The notes under the pieces: generated by a model
The model's database searches: none
What the model was told of the DNA's origin: nothing
The model's input: the letters and a program-made list of their open reading frames with translations, nothing else
In this document: piece after piece, positions 1 to 12,878 of the stretch
Position numbering within the stretch: the first letter of the stretch is position 1
Layout: each line of letters starts with the position of its first letter
Position numbers and translations under genes: made by a program
DNA from: an uncultured Solirubrobacterales bacterium
Lineage (GTDB): Bacteria; Actinomycetota; Thermoleophilia; Solirubrobacterales; Solirubrobacteraceae
Reading direction: 5' to 3'
DNA: 64,000 bases
NCBI GenBank assembly: GCA_963720795.1
Contig: CAVRGU010000004.1
Location: 12,423-76,422, forward strand

Positions 1-85
1 GGTACGTGGCGCGCGCCGCGGCCACCGCCAGCAGCGCGACGAACACCGCGAACAGCGCCCCGATACGGCTTTGCACGCTCGCCAC
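1..85 (-). CDS. ftsI: Penicillin-binding protein FtsI, N-terminal membrane anchor only (runs off window)
   Basis: GTG at 85 opens MASVQSRIGALFAVFVALLAVAAARATY; follows mraZ-rsmH-ftsL in standard dcw order. Confidence 0.7.
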   Translation of the reverse strand, partial: MASVQSRIGALFAVFVALLAVAAARATY

Positions 86-93
86 CGCGCGCC

Positions 94-1024
94 CTATCCC
101 CCCGGAGCAGCCTGCGTGCCTCCAGCCGCGCCTGCCGGCGCTTCGGAGGCTCCGCCCGTCGCGGCCGGTGTGCTCGCGGCTTCGGAAGCTCCGCTCGCCG
201 CGGAGGGTTCTGAAGTGGACGCGGCCGTCGTGGAGGGCGCCGTCGCCGTCGCCGTGGCCGTGGCGGCCGCAGCCGGGGCGCTCGCGCTTTCCGTTGTGGC
301 GGGCGGGGTTTCTGTGGGAGTGCTCGGCGCAGTCGCTGCCCCCGCGCTTGCCGTTTCGCCGCCGGTGGCTGCGCTCGCACTCGTTTCCGTGCCAGTGGTG
401 GTGCTCGTGCCCGAGGCTGGCTGCACGGGTTTGGCGAGTGCCGCCGCGGCGAGGCGCACGTCGAGCGGGCCCTGAACCGTGTCGAAGTGCAGCGCCCCGG
501 AGGCGCGGGCACCATGCCCTGGGCGGACGCCAGCCGTTCGATCCGTTCGCCCGAGGCCAGCGCCGAGTCTTCGATCGCGAGTTCCGAGTTTTCTCGCTGC
601 AGCGTCGCCGCGTGCTCGATCGCGCGGCCGATGCCCACACCCAGCTTGACCACCCACAACTGCGCCGCGACGATCCCGATCAGCGCGAACGCGACCACCG
701 CGATCCAGGCGCGCCCGCGGATCAGGCGGTCGAGCAGGTGGTCGGGCAGGCGCTGCCCGGTGCGCGCCGCAGGGCGGGCGGAGGGGCCGGCGCGACGGGC
801 GGCTCGGAGGGCGGATGGGACCTGATACCCGCCGCGGGCGCTTTGCCGGTCGCAGTGGCCGCGCGGTCCGGCCCGGGGATGGCGGCCCACGCCACCCGAC
901 GTCGCGGACGAACCGCGGGAGCGGGCGCCGCGACGGCCCCGCGGTGGCGGGGTCACGGTGCGCCGCCAGGGCGATTCGCCCTCTCAACCATCCTCACACC
1001 CGCAGGCCAGGTGGATGCCCTCAT
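94..1024 (-). CDS. ftsL: FtsL-like cell division protein with long Ala/Thr/Ser tail (apparent frameshifts)
   Basis: ATG overlaps rsmH stop; one frame reads [62 protein letters not shown] (TM + coiled coil); dcw position. Confidence 0.65.
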
Positions 1025-1985
1025 GCCGTGCCTCCCGGGCCCCCGGGTTCTCGGCGAGCTTCCGCGCGGCGCGCAGCCGCGCCGAGGCCGCGCGCGGGTT
1101 GTGCGCGAGCTCGCCCGCGGAGGCGCGTGATCGCGCGGCGCGTGAGCAGCGCCGCCTCGGGCTCGCGCCCGCACGCGCACACGGGCAGGTCGGGCGGGCA
1201 CATGCAGCCGCGGGCGCGCGCGGCGAGGAAGCGCTTCACGCGCCGGTCCTCCAGCGAGTGGAAGGAGATCCCGGCGAGCACGCCGCCCTCGCGCAGCAGC
1301 TCCCACGCCAGCGGCAGCCCGCGGTCGAGCTGGCCGAGCTCGTCGTTGACGGCGATCCGCAGCGCCTGGAAGACGCGCTTGGCGGGGTGCCCGCCGGCGA
1401 AGCGCGCGGGGGCGGGGATCGCCGAGTTGACGATCTCCACGAGCTCCTGCGTGGTCTCGATCGGCGCCTCCGCTCGCGGCGGCGCACGATCGCGCGGGCG
1501 ATCGCGCCGGCGTGGCGCTCCTCGCCGAGCTCGCGCAGCATCGCCGCCAGGCGGCGCTGCTCCCAGGTGGCGAGCACCTCGCGCGCGTCGAGCTCCTGCT
1601 CGGGGTCCATGCGCATGTCGAGCGGCGCGTCGTAGGAGTACGAGAAGCCGCGCTCGCGGGTGTCCACCTGCATCGAGGACATGCCGAGGTCGAAGTACGC
1701 GCATGTCCGCGCGCACTCCCTCCTCGCGAGCAGCTCCAGCGCCTCGGCGTAGCCGCCGCGGATGAAGCGCACCGTGCACGGCACCTCCTGCGGCGAGCTC
1801 CGCGAAGCGCTCCTCGGCCTCGGGTCGCGGTCGATCGCCACCAGCGTCCCGCCCGCGCCGAGGCGCTGGGCCACGAGGCGCGCGTGGCCGCCGCCGCCGA
1901 AGGTGCAGTCCACCGCCACCTGCCCGGGCTGCGGGTCCAGCACGTCGATCAGCTCACCCGCGAGCACGGGGATGTGGACGGACAT
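1021..1985 (-). CDS. rsmH: 16S rRNA m4C1402 methyltransferase (split over frames)
   Basis: [67 protein letters not shown]. Confidence 0.95.
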
Positions 1986-2036
1986 AGTCTCAGAATGGTC
2001 GAGGGGCCCAGCTCGCGGGCCTGGCCGGCTGGCACT

Positions 2037-2477
2037 CTAAGCAGGATGGTCGACACGCGCGGTGATCTCCGCGACGCCGCCCAGCAGCGTCGGTCGGTGC
2101 TCGTTCCAACGGTCGCGGTCCCACAGCTCCAGGCGGTCGCCGGCGCCGACGACCACGACGTCCTTGCTCAGCCCCGCGTGCTCGGCGAGGAAGCCGGGGA
2201 GCATGATCCGCCCGGCGGAGTCGAGCTCGGCGTCCTGGGAGCTGCCGTAGAAGAAGCGCTCGAGCTCGGCCAGGCGCGGGGAGAGCGGCGGCAGCTCCGC
2301 GAGCGCGCGCTCGGTGTAGCGCTCGTACTCCTGCGGGCGCCACACGCCGACGCACGGCTCGAGGTCGACGGGCATCGCCATCACCACTCCCTCCGCCAGC
2401 GTCGCGCGGTAGCGGGCCGGCACGGTGAGGCGGTTCTTGGCGTCGAGCGTGTGGTCGAAGGTGCCACGGAAAGCCAC
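2037..2477 (-). CDS. mraZ: Division/cell-wall cluster repressor MraZ
   Basis: FRGTFDHTLDAKNRLTVP and LDSAGRIMLP repeats, VVGAGDRLELWD; 146 aa from GTG 2477. Confidence 0.95.
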   Translation of the reverse strand: MAFRGTFDHTLDAKNRLTVPARYRATLAEGVVMAMPVDLEPCVGVWRPQEYERYTERALAELPPLSPRLAELERFFYGSSQDAELDSAGRIMLPGFLAEHAGLSKDVVVVGAGDRLELWDRDRWNEHRPTLLGGVAEITARVDHPA

Positions 2478-2531
2478 TGTGTCTGTGCTCCTCGAGAGCA
2501 CGAGGCCTAGCCGTCGAGCGCGAGTTAGTTG

Positions 2532-2574
2532 GAGCCGAGGTGGAGAGGTGGGAGGAGCCTCTCCACCTCGGCTC
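2532..2574 (-). ncRNA. Leader hairpin upstream of mraZ (mraW-RNA-motif-like)
   Basis: Perfect 17-bp stem GAGCCGAGGTGGAGAGG/CCTCTCCACCTCGGCTC; pyrimidine loop CUCCUCCCA on the minus strand. Confidence 0.5.
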
Positions 2575-2588
2575 GTTCCCGGCAAAGT

Positions 2589-2645
2589 ACCCCACTTTCC
2601 CCCACAACGCAACCCCAATTGCACATTTTCCCCCACTTTCCCATT
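2589..2645 (-). promoter_or_regulatory. Probable MraZ operator (GTGGG/TGGG repeats)
   Basis: Minus strand ATGGGAAAGTGGGGGAAAATGTG...GTGGGGGAAAGTGGGG, including a GTGGG pair 10 bp apart. Confidence 0.7.
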
Positions 2646-2809
2646 CCAACGCCCTCCAGATACCCAAAAATGCCTGCACCTTGCCGGTTTTCAAGGGTCC
2701 GTGCAGGGAGCCTCCGGTGCGCCCAAAGCTGCAACGCCGGGCCTGCAGGGCCGTCTCCTGTGGACGCAGACTTGCAGTGCGCCGGTCGCGGACAGATACG
2801 ATCTCTTGC

Positions 2810-4599
2810 GTGAGACGCCACCGCCCGCTGCGCTCCTGATGACTCCGCTGTGCGCAGTGCTGCGCAGGGTGCGGCTCCTCCAGCCCGACCGGTACGAGCG
2901 CGAGCCCCGCGACGGTGACCCCGGCCTCGGCGCCGCTGTACATCGACGCGGTGGTGCGGCCCGAAGGCACCCTGAAGGCCGACGCGACCACGGCGGCGCA
3001 CACGCTCACCGGCCGCCCCACCCCTTCGAAGGGCTGCTGCAGCTGCTGGCGGGCCCACCGGCAAGACCCCCGACTACGCCAAGGAAGTGGAGCCGTGGCT
3101 CGGGCCCCACGCGGGGGTGTTCCTCGGCGCGGCTCCGATCTCGCGCGCGCCGAGGGCCTGCTGGCGGCGAACGCTCCAAAAGCTCCTCTCGGAAGGGTTC
3201 GCCGGGCGTAGAAGCGGCGGTGCTCGGGCAGGGCGGCCTGCCGGCGGCACTCGGCTCGAGCGCGGCCCAGGGGGCACTGGTGCTCGACACCACCAACGTC
3301 GACGCGGCGCAGATCGTTCCTCGAAGGCCAGGCCCACAGCGCGGGCGCGCACACGAGCAGCTACCGCGGCGTCACCTACAGGTGTCCCCCGACGGGGTGG
3401 CCGAGGGGATCGTGCACCGCTTCGCGGTGATCGGCAGCGAAGCGGGTCTGCAAGAGCGTGATCGACACGGCGGCCGGCGGCCCGTCGCTCGCGCAGGCGG
3501 CGCGCCTACGCGAAGCTCGACCTCGACCGCCGAGTCAGGAGCGCTCGCCAACGCCTACCTCAGCCCCGAAGAGCTCGCGCGCTCCGCCAAGGCCGCGCGC
3601 CGGCGGCGGCGCGACAGGGTCCTCGATCCTGCCCCTGGTCGAGGGCCTGCTCGGCAACCCGGGCCAGCTGTACCTGTCGGTGATCCCGAGCTGCGGACTC
3701 GGTGGCGATCGACCTCGACACGCTGCCCCCGACGGCCTCGACCTCCTCGACGAGCGGATCGAGCTCGGCGGCAGGGGCATCGAGCTCCGCCTCCAGCGAA
3801 TCGAGCGGCGCCACCGGCGGCTCCACGACCGGCGCGCAGGTGCTGCGCGGGCTCCCCGGCAGCGCGTGGCTGGCGATCGGCTTCGGCAGACCTCGGCAAG
3901 ACGTTCGCCGGCAACACCCAGGGCCTGCACGCGCTCGCCTCGCTGGCCTCGGGGGTAAGCCTCGGCAGCATCAGCCTCGGCGCCGCGTTCGCGCCACTGA
4001 GCTCGCCCGCGCTCGACGTGCAGCGCGACCTGCTGAGCTGGGCGGGCGCGACCGGCGTCTACGTGAGCGGCAGCAGCGTGCTGAGCCTGCAGGCGGCGGT
4101 CGTGATCGACTCCACCAACCCAGCGCGCTCCCGTGAAGCGGTCGCCAAACTCGCGCAGGCCTACCGCGAAGCGGGCGGGCAGACCTCGCCCACCTCCGTC
4201 CCGGGCACCGAAACGGCCGTGACGGTGAAGCTCCCCAACTTCCCGCTCACGCTCACGCTGGCCTACGGACAGGGAAAGTTCGTCGCGGGGATCGGGCCGG
4301 CCTCGATCCAGGAAGCGCTCAACCCCCAGTCCACGCTGGCCGGCACCTCCAACTACAACGCCGCGGCGAGCGCCCTCGGACAGGGGATCCAGCCGAGCGC
4401 GTTGGTCGAAGTCCACACGCTCTCGGGGTTGATCGAATCGCTCGGGCTGAACGAGACCCCGGGCTTCTCGGGCTTCGCCTCGGCGGTCGCGCCGCTCAGC
4501 GCCATCGCCGTGGGCGGCGGGGAGTCGCTGCCCGACGGCGTCACGCGGGCGCGCGTGGTGCTCGGGCTGCAGGCCCCCGAACAGCCGGCGTCCGGTTGA
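2810..4599 (+). CDS. DUF3352-type lipoprotein (frameshifted)
   Basis: Lipobox-like ..AGCGSSS, then TPASAPLYIDAVVRPEG, EPWLGPHAGVFL, LDVQRDLLSWAG across frames. Confidence 0.55.
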
Positions 4600-6572
4600 G
4601 TGCCCAGCCCGTCGGCCCGCTCACGCCCGGGAGCTCAGCGGCACGGGTGACGCGTCGCGAGGGTCGGCACGAGAGACCCTCGGTCTCGATGATCACGCGG
4701 CAGGGCCGCTTGCTCAGCAGGTAGACCGCGGTCGGCCCGATGCGCCGCTCGCCGGCCGGGGCGTGGAGAGTCGACCAGTAGATCACGTCGGAGTGCAGCC
4801 GCTGGGCCTCCTGGACGAGCGCCGCGCCGGGGTTGCGCGTGCGGATCAGGCCGGTGTGGATCTTCAAGCCCGCGCGGCGCGCCTGGATGCGCGCGCTCTC
4901 CAGCACCGAGCGGCCCTGGGCCTCCTCCTCCTCGAGGCCCGCCTCCAACGAGAGCTGGGAGGGGACGGGCAGCACGAACACCGCGTACAGCACCCCGTCC
5001 TCGCCGATCAGCTTGGCGGCGCTCGCAGAGCGCAGTGGCGCTGACGTCCTCGCCGAAGATCGGCACCAGCGCGGTGCGGTAGCCGAGCTCGGCGAAGTCC
5101 GGGGGGCGCTCGGCTCGGGGCAGCCGATAGGACTTGCGAGGGTCGAGGCCCTGGCGTTTGCGGTAGTAGTAGTACCCGCACATCCCGGCGACCATCCAGG
5201 GGATGCCGATGATCTTCGCCTCGGTGTGCAGCACGGTCACGGCGACCCACGCCGCGGCCGTGCCGAGACCGCCGATCACGGCGGTCATCGGCACCTCGGC
5301 GCCTTTGACCCGCACACCCCACGGGCTCTTGTAGGGGCGCTCGCGATCGGGGTCGCTGAAGCGCAGCTTGACGATCGCCGCGTGCGCCGTCGTGAAGGAG
5401 AGCATCGCGCCGAACGAGTAGAGGTTGCCGAGCACTTCGGTGTTGCCGTAGAGGATCAGCGTGCTGGCCAGCAGCGAGAAGAAGACCAGCGTGAACCACG
5501 GCGTGCGGTACTTGGAGTGCAGTTTGGAGAACAACTGCGGCAGCTGGCGGTGCTCGGAGAGCGACCACGACAGGCGCGAGATCCCGATCATCCCGGCGTT
5601 GGTCGCGATGAACAGGATCGTCGCGGCGAGCAGCCCGAGGTAGTACGTGGCCAGTTTCAGCACCGTGCCGTGCAGCCCGAGGTGCTCGACCACGCCGAGC
5701 ATCGGGTCGTTCTCGAAGAAGCCGCCGAGCGAGGTCGCGTACCCAGGTTTGGGGAACGACTGTTTGAGCTCGGCGCTGTAGCCGACGCCGTGGTGCACGA
5801 CCGGCAACGCCGAGAGCGCGACGACCGAGATGCCCGCGTAGACCGCCAGCACGGCGAGCACCACGAGGTTCACGGCTTTCGGCACCTGCCTGCCCGGGTC
5901 GGTGGACTCCTCGGCCATGTTGGCGACGGTCTCGATGCCCGTGTAGGCGAGCATCGCCAGCGACAGCGCGAAGATCAGTTCTTTCCAGGTAGGCACCGAG
6001 CCCAGGTGCACCTGGTGGACCAGCAGCGAGGGGTTCAGCACGAGCGCGACCCCGAGGCAGACCAGCATGATCTGCGTGCTGAGGTCCACGATCGCCAGGA
6101 CGAGGTTGAGCTTGGCCGACTCGCCGAGCCCGCGGATGTTCAGCCACGCGAGCACGGCGACCACGATCAGGCCCCCGAAGATGTCGTCCGGGTTGTGCTT
6201 GAGCGCGCCCAGGCCGGGGAACGCGCTCAGGTAGTGCGGGACGAAGAACGCGGAGATCGCGATCGTGAGGATGTAGTCGAGGCTCAGCGCCCAGCCGGCG
6301 AAGAACGAGACGACGTCGTCGAAGGCGTGGCGCGCGAACGACGAGGACCCGCCCGCTTCGGGGAACATCGAGGCGCCCTCGGCGTACGTTTTCGCGGTCA
6401 GCGCGAACAGGCCGCCGGCGAACAGGAAGACCAGCGGGGTGAGCCCCAGCGCGTGCGCGGCGACGAGCCCCAGCGCGTAGTAGATCGAGGAGCCGACGTT
6501 CCCGTAGGCGGTCGCGAACAGGCCGGGAACCCCGACCGACTGGCGCAATCCGTGCTCGCTCAGGCGCGCCAT
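4541..6572 (-). CDS. APC-family permease with C-terminal universal stress protein domain (frameshift near 5030)
   Basis: ATAYGNVGSSIYYALG, YTGIETVAN, many TM segments; USP-like tail RNPGAALVQEA..YLLSKRPCRVII. Confidence 0.85.
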
Positions 6573-6702
6573 CGCGCCGGAGCGTATACGTGGGCCACGG
6601 CACCGTGCACAGATTCCCATTCATGCCCCCCCACGCAGGCAGGAGCCGCGGCTTATGATTCCGACGGCCCGGGCCCCGACACGACCTCCCGGCACACACG
6701 TC

Positions 6703-7184
6703 ATGGACAAGACACGCCGCGGAAACTACGACTCAGGAGAGGACTTCGTCCTCGAATACGGGGAGCTGCGGTTCACCTTCAACGAGCGGGACTTCGCCGA
6801 GCGCTGCGAGCAGGCGGCGCTGAAGCTCGGCTTCGTCGGGGGTCGGCTCGGGCGAGGACGAGCTCGAAGACCTCGTCAACCTCGCGGTCAACGGCGAGAT
6901 CCACGACCCCGCCTCGGCGCTGGGCGACCACGTCAACGAGTGCTGGCCCGAGCTGGTCGGCCCCGCCGAGCGCTCGCTCGTGCACTGGCTACGCCGCCTC
7001 GTGTTCCGCGGCGCGTGGCTTGACCAGCGCGTGTGCGAGGGCGAGCTCGGAGGTCGCGTTCGATCGAGGAGACCTGCGGCTTCGCCTACGTGCAGCCCGC
7101 GCGCAGCCGCGAGGGAGCCCCACGCGCGGCGGCGAGCCGATCGAGCTCTCGCCCGAGCCCTCGTGGGCGCCGCGTACGACCTAG
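6703..7184 (+). CDS. Hypothetical protein (frameshifted)
   Basis: MDKTRRGNYDSGEDFVLEYGELRFTFNERDFAERCEQAA continuing in shifted frames (..HWLRRLVFRGAWLDQRV); coding-like codon bias. Confidence 0.6.
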
Positions 7185-7196
7185 ACGCCGCTGACG

Positions 7197-8593
<1,397 letters not shown>

Positions 8594-8673
8594 GGTGTCT
8601 CCTTCTCGTAGGGCGGTTGGCGCCCGGCCGCGTTGGACAGCGGCCGGCACCCGTGTGTGGTCAGTCTAAGGCC

Positions 8674-9636
8674 TCAGGGACACGCCGAGCCCAGGTAGGC
8701 CCTCAGCTCAGCCCGCTCGTGTCTCAGTTCCTCGGCGAGCACGAGATCCCTCTCCGGGGCGGCGCTCGCCGCGCAGCGCCGCGCGCACGGCGATGAAGTC
8801 GGCCGCAGCGGCGACGTCGTGCACGCGGTACACGTGCGCGCCCACGTCGAGCCCGTGCGCGAGCGCGGCGAGCGTGCCGGCGAGCCGTTCGCGGGGCGGC
8901 GCGGCCAGTGAGCGCGCCGACGAAGTCCTTGCGCGAGATCGCCAGCAGCAGCGGCAGGCCGAGCTCGTGCAGGCGCTCCGCGTGCGGCGAGCAGCTCGAC
9001 GGTCTGGGCGGGGGTCTTGGCGAAGTCGGGCCCGGGGTCGAGAATCAGCTGCTCGCGCGCGACACCCCTGCGGCGAGCGCCACCGTCGACGCGTGCGCGC
9101 AGGAACGCGAGCACCTCGCCGACGACGTCGCCGTAGAGCTCGGGGTCCTGCCGGCGCACGCGGGGCGCGGCGGCGGTGTGCATCACCACGAGCGCGGCCC
9201 CCGTCTCGGCGCAGACTCGCGCGAGCGCGGGGTCGCGTAGGCCGCGAGACGTCGTTGACGATGCCCGCCCCCGCGGCGACCGCGGCGCGCCGCGACCGCC
9301 GGCTTGTAGGTGTCCACCGAGCCACGGGAGCCGCCCTGGCGGGTGGGTCCGGGGCTCTCCCATCCCGTCGACCTCCGCGACCCCGCTCGACCAGCGGCAC
9401 GACGCGCGCGAGCTCCTCCTCCACCGCAAGGGGCGGGCGCCCGTGCGTGGCGGACTCCCCGCCGACGTCGATGATCTCAGCGCCGGCCGCCACCAGCTCC
9501 CGCGCGAGCGCGCGCGCTCCTCGAGCGTCCCGTGGCGCCCGCCGTCGGAGAACGAGTCGGGCGAGGCGTTGACCACGCCCATCAGCCACGGCCGCGCGCC
9601 GAGCTCCAGGACGCGATCCCCGGCGACCGCAGGCAT
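8674..9636 (-). CDS. folP: Dihydropteroate synthase (frameshifted)
   Basis: MGVVNASPDSFSDGG, IIDVGGES, LILDPGPDFAKT, YRVHDV. Confidence 0.9.
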   Translation of the reverse strand: MPAVAGDRVLELGARPWLMGVVNASPDSFSDGGRHGTLEERARSRGSWWRPALRSSTSAGSPPRTGARPLRWRRSSRASCRWSSGVAEVDGMGEPRTHPPGRLPWLGGHLQAGGRGAPRSPRGRASSTTSRGLRDPALARVCAETGAALVVMHTAAAPRVRRQDPELYGDVVGEVLAFLRARVDGGARRRGVAREQLILDPGPDFAKTPAQTVELLAARGAPARARPAAAAGDLAQGLRRRAHWPRRPANGSPARSPRSRTGSTWARTCTACTTSPLRPTSSPCARRCAASAAPERDLVLAEELRHERAELRAYLGSACP

Positions 9637-9655
9637 GGGTCCCACGGCGCTGCGC

Positions 9656-11410
9656 TCACGCGCCCCGCAGCCCCTCGGCGTGCGCCTCCTCGGCGAAGCG
9701 CGCGACCTCCTCGCGCGTGCGCCTCGGCGCTCCAGCCCGAGCTCGACCCGCGAGCACGGCGGCGACACAGCTCGAGCCGGCACACCGGCCCCGCCCTCAC
9801 CGGGCCGCGCGGCGCTCAGCTCCCGCGCTGCCAGCAGCCCCAGACGGGTGCGGCGCAGGAGCACGTCCCCGACGGTGCGCGCCTGCTCGCGGCGGGCGGC
9901 GAGCGCGGCCTCGGCGAGCAGGTCGGGTTGCCCGGGGACGATCGGCTGGGCCAGCTCGCCGCGCTCGGCCGCGAGCGCGAGCACGTCGTGGGCGGCGTAC
10001 CCGTAGCGGGCGGCGAGCGCGGGGTAGGACTCCTCTGGGACGCCCTCGACGCGCGGCAGGTCCTCCTCCGCGACCGCCTGCCCGAGCGGGATCTCGTGCG
10101 TGCGGCAGGGCGCTTCGCGGGTGTCGCGCTCCACGAGGCGGTCAACGGTCAGCTTGGCCATGCGCCGCCACGTGGTGAGCTTGCCGCCGGTGATCGTGAG
10201 CATGCCGTCGAAGCGGTCTCGTACAGCTCGGCCTTGCGCGAGATGTCCACCGACTTCTTGGGGTCGCCGCTGGAGAGCAGCGGCCGCACCCCGGCGTACG
10301 CGCCGGTCAGGTCCTCGGGGCCGAGCGCGGTCGGCGAAGAAGTGTTGACCGCGCTCCAGCAGGTACGCGACGTCCTCCGCGGCGGGCGCACGTGGTCGAG
10401 CGCGCCCTCGTAGTCGTTGTCGGTCGTGCCTACGAGCGTACGCCCCAGCCAGGGCAGCGCGAAGATCGAGCGGCCCTCGCCGGCGGGTACGATCGCGCCG
10501 CCGACGCAGCGGCAGGTCCTCGTGGCGAAGCGTGAGGTGGGTGCCGCGGCTGGGCGGATCGAGGGCACGCCCCCGTCACGCGCAGCCACGGCACGGCGCG
10601 CGGCAGCTCCCGGCCTCCTGCCCGGGCTCTGCACCAGGCTCTCGCCCGCGGGGGAACGCCCCACCAGCTCGTCGGCCCACACGCCGGTGGCGTTGACCAC
10701 GTCGCGGCGCGCACCAAGAACTCCTCTCCCCCCTCCCTATCGACCGCCCGCACGCCCTGGGCGCGACCGTCGCCTTCGAGCAGGCCGATCGCCGCCACAC
10801 GGTTGGCGCACACCGCCCCGAAGCGCTCGGCCTCGCCGAGCACGGTCAGCACCAGGCGCACGTCGTCGGTCTGGCAGTCGTAGAAGAGGTAGCCGCCGGT
10901 CGGCTCGCGCGGGGCGAGTGCGGGCAGCAGCTCGAGCACCTCCTCGCCGGAGATCATGCGGTGGCGCTCGGGGCTCCAGGAGCGCTCCGCTCCCGAGGGC
11001 CCGTCCCCGCGCCGCCCCCGCCGGCGGCCCCGTTCGACCGACATCACGTCGTACAGGTTCAGCCCCACCCCCATCAGGCGGTCCGGGCGGGCGCCCTCGA
11101 AGGCGGGCACCACCAGTGGCAGCGGGCGCACGAGGTGCGGGGCGAGCGACACCATCAGCTGGCGCTCCAACAGTGCCTCGCGCACCAGGCCCAGGTCGAA
11201 GTTCTGCAGGTAGCGCAGGCCGCCGTGCACGAGCTTGGAGGAGCGGCTGGAGGTTCCCGCGGCGTAGTCGGCGCGCTCGAGCAGCGCCACGGAGTAGCCG
11301 CGCGTGGAGGCATCCAGCGCGACCCCCGCGCCGGTGATGCCGCCGCCGATCACCACCACGTCGAACTCGCTGCCCGCCAGCGCGGCGAGGGCCTGGTCGC
11401 GCTCGATCAC
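9656..11410 (-). CDS. glpD: FAD-dependent glycerol-3-phosphate dehydrogenase/oxidase (frameshifted)
   Basis: DVVVIGGGITGAGVALDA, GTSSRSSKLVHGGLRYL, VNATGVW, ITGGKLTTWRRMA, DVLLRRTRLG. Confidence 0.9.
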
Positions 11411-11538
11411 GACCGCCAGTCTCGCAGAGCCTCCGGAAGTTCAGGGCCCCACTGGGGCAGCGGGTGTCAGGGCTCGCAGCAGCGATGCAGCGGGGGGTAC
11501 GTTGAGGCCCTGCAGCAGTGAGCGCAGCGGCGGGCGTG

Positions 11539-12639
11539 TCAGGTCTTGCAGCGGCGGGTGCGCCCGGAGCGCCGGCGGGCGTGGCCGGCGTGCCCGCTGC
11601 GTACGGTCTTCGGGCAGAGGCCGCGGTGGACTCCTCCCGCCGAGGCGAGCGGGGAGCCCGCGCTCAGGAAGCTCGCGACCGCGGGGTCCGCGACCCGCAC
11701 GTACACCCCGGGGTAGCCCGCCTGCGCGCAGCCGTTGCCGAAGTCCACGAGCCCCAGGAGCACGTCACCAGTCGGGGAGGACGGGCCGGCCGCGCCCGCG
11801 GCCACCAGCGGCCCGCCGGAGTCGCCGTAGCAGGAGTCCGGGCCACCCGGCCCCCCCGGCTGCCCGCCCCCCGCGCACAGCATCCGCGGCGTAATCGCCT
11901 GTTCGATCGCGGCGTACGCTTCTTCGCAGAGCCCCGTGGGCACGAGCGGCACGCTCACCTTGTGCAGGCGTAGGGGGTATGAGGGCGCTCCGCCCGGCTC
12001 GGGGTTCAGGTCCCCCCAGCCGCTGACCACCGCCGGCGTCGGGGCGGAGGCCGCCTGGCCGGCGGTGCTCGCGGTGGATCGCTGCTCGGCGAGCGTCCCG
12101 TCGGGAGCCAGCGGAGCGATCGCGTCGCTGCCGTCGGGCGCCGGCGCCGCGCCGCTCCACAGGGCATTCGCAAGGCGCAGCACCCCGACGTCGTAGTCGC
12201 TCGTAGAGGAGTTGTAAGCCGGATCGACCGTGGCCGACACCACCGGGTCCTGCACGCTCCCGGGGTCGGTCGGTCCGAGGTAGGTGGAGCCCGCAAGCAC
12301 CTCGATTTCGGCGGGCTGGCTACGCTGTCCCCGTTCGCCGATCAGGCAGTGCGCCGCGGTCGCCACGCTCCGCGGCCCAAGGATCACCCCGCCGCAGAAG
12401 AAGCCCTTCGCGGGCGACCCCGCGCGGGGGTTGTACAGCGCGACCTGGAAGGGGAATTCGTCGATCGACGCGTCCGTGCCGTCGACGATGCTCGCGTTGG
12501 CAACCGGACCGCCCTGAGGCCGCAAGAGACTCCCCTGCGCGAGCGTCGGGCCGACCGCACCCACTCCCAAGACCCAAATGACGGTGGCCACCGCCTCCGC
12601 AGCGTAGACACGCCGGAGTGCGGTACCAAGACCGTTCAT
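11539..12639 (-). CDS. Secreted trypsin-like (S1) serine protease
   Basis: IVDG start of mature domain, CGG..TAAHC, DVGVL, DSCYGDSGGPL catalytic triad. Confidence 0.9.
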   Translation of the reverse strand: MNGLGTALRRVYAAEAVATVIWVLGVGAVGPTLAQGSLLRPQGGPVANASIVDGTDASIDEFPFQVALYNPRAGSPAKGFFCGGVILGPRSVATAAHCLIGERGQRSQPAEIEVLAGSTYLGPTDPGSVQDPVVSATVDPAYNSSTSDYDVGVLRLANALWSGAAPAPDGSDAIAPLAPDGTLAEQRSTASTAGQAASAPTPAVVSGWGDLNPEPGGAPSYPLRLHKVSVPLVPTGLCEEAYAAIEQAITPRMLCAGGGQPGGPGGPDSCYGDSGGPLVAAGAAGPSSPTGDVLLGLVDFGNGCAQAGYPGVYVRVADPAVASFLSAGSPLASAGGVHRGLCPKTVRSGHAGHARRRSGRTRRCKT

Positions 12640-12878
12640 TCCTCTCAGTTGAGAGTAGAGTACATTGTCGAAACGCGCAACCCCGACGATGAAAGAAAAC
12701 CGTGGGGCGGCGCGCAGCCGCCGAGCGAGAACGCTCACTCACATTGAGTCGGCGATACGTGACTGTCCGTGATCCTGGCGGGTTACCCCACCGGGACCGT
12801 TGTCCCCCCCCACGGCACCCCACGGGCGCTCAGCGGGCGCTCAGCGGGCGCCCAGGGCGCAGGGACCTCAGCGGGCGC

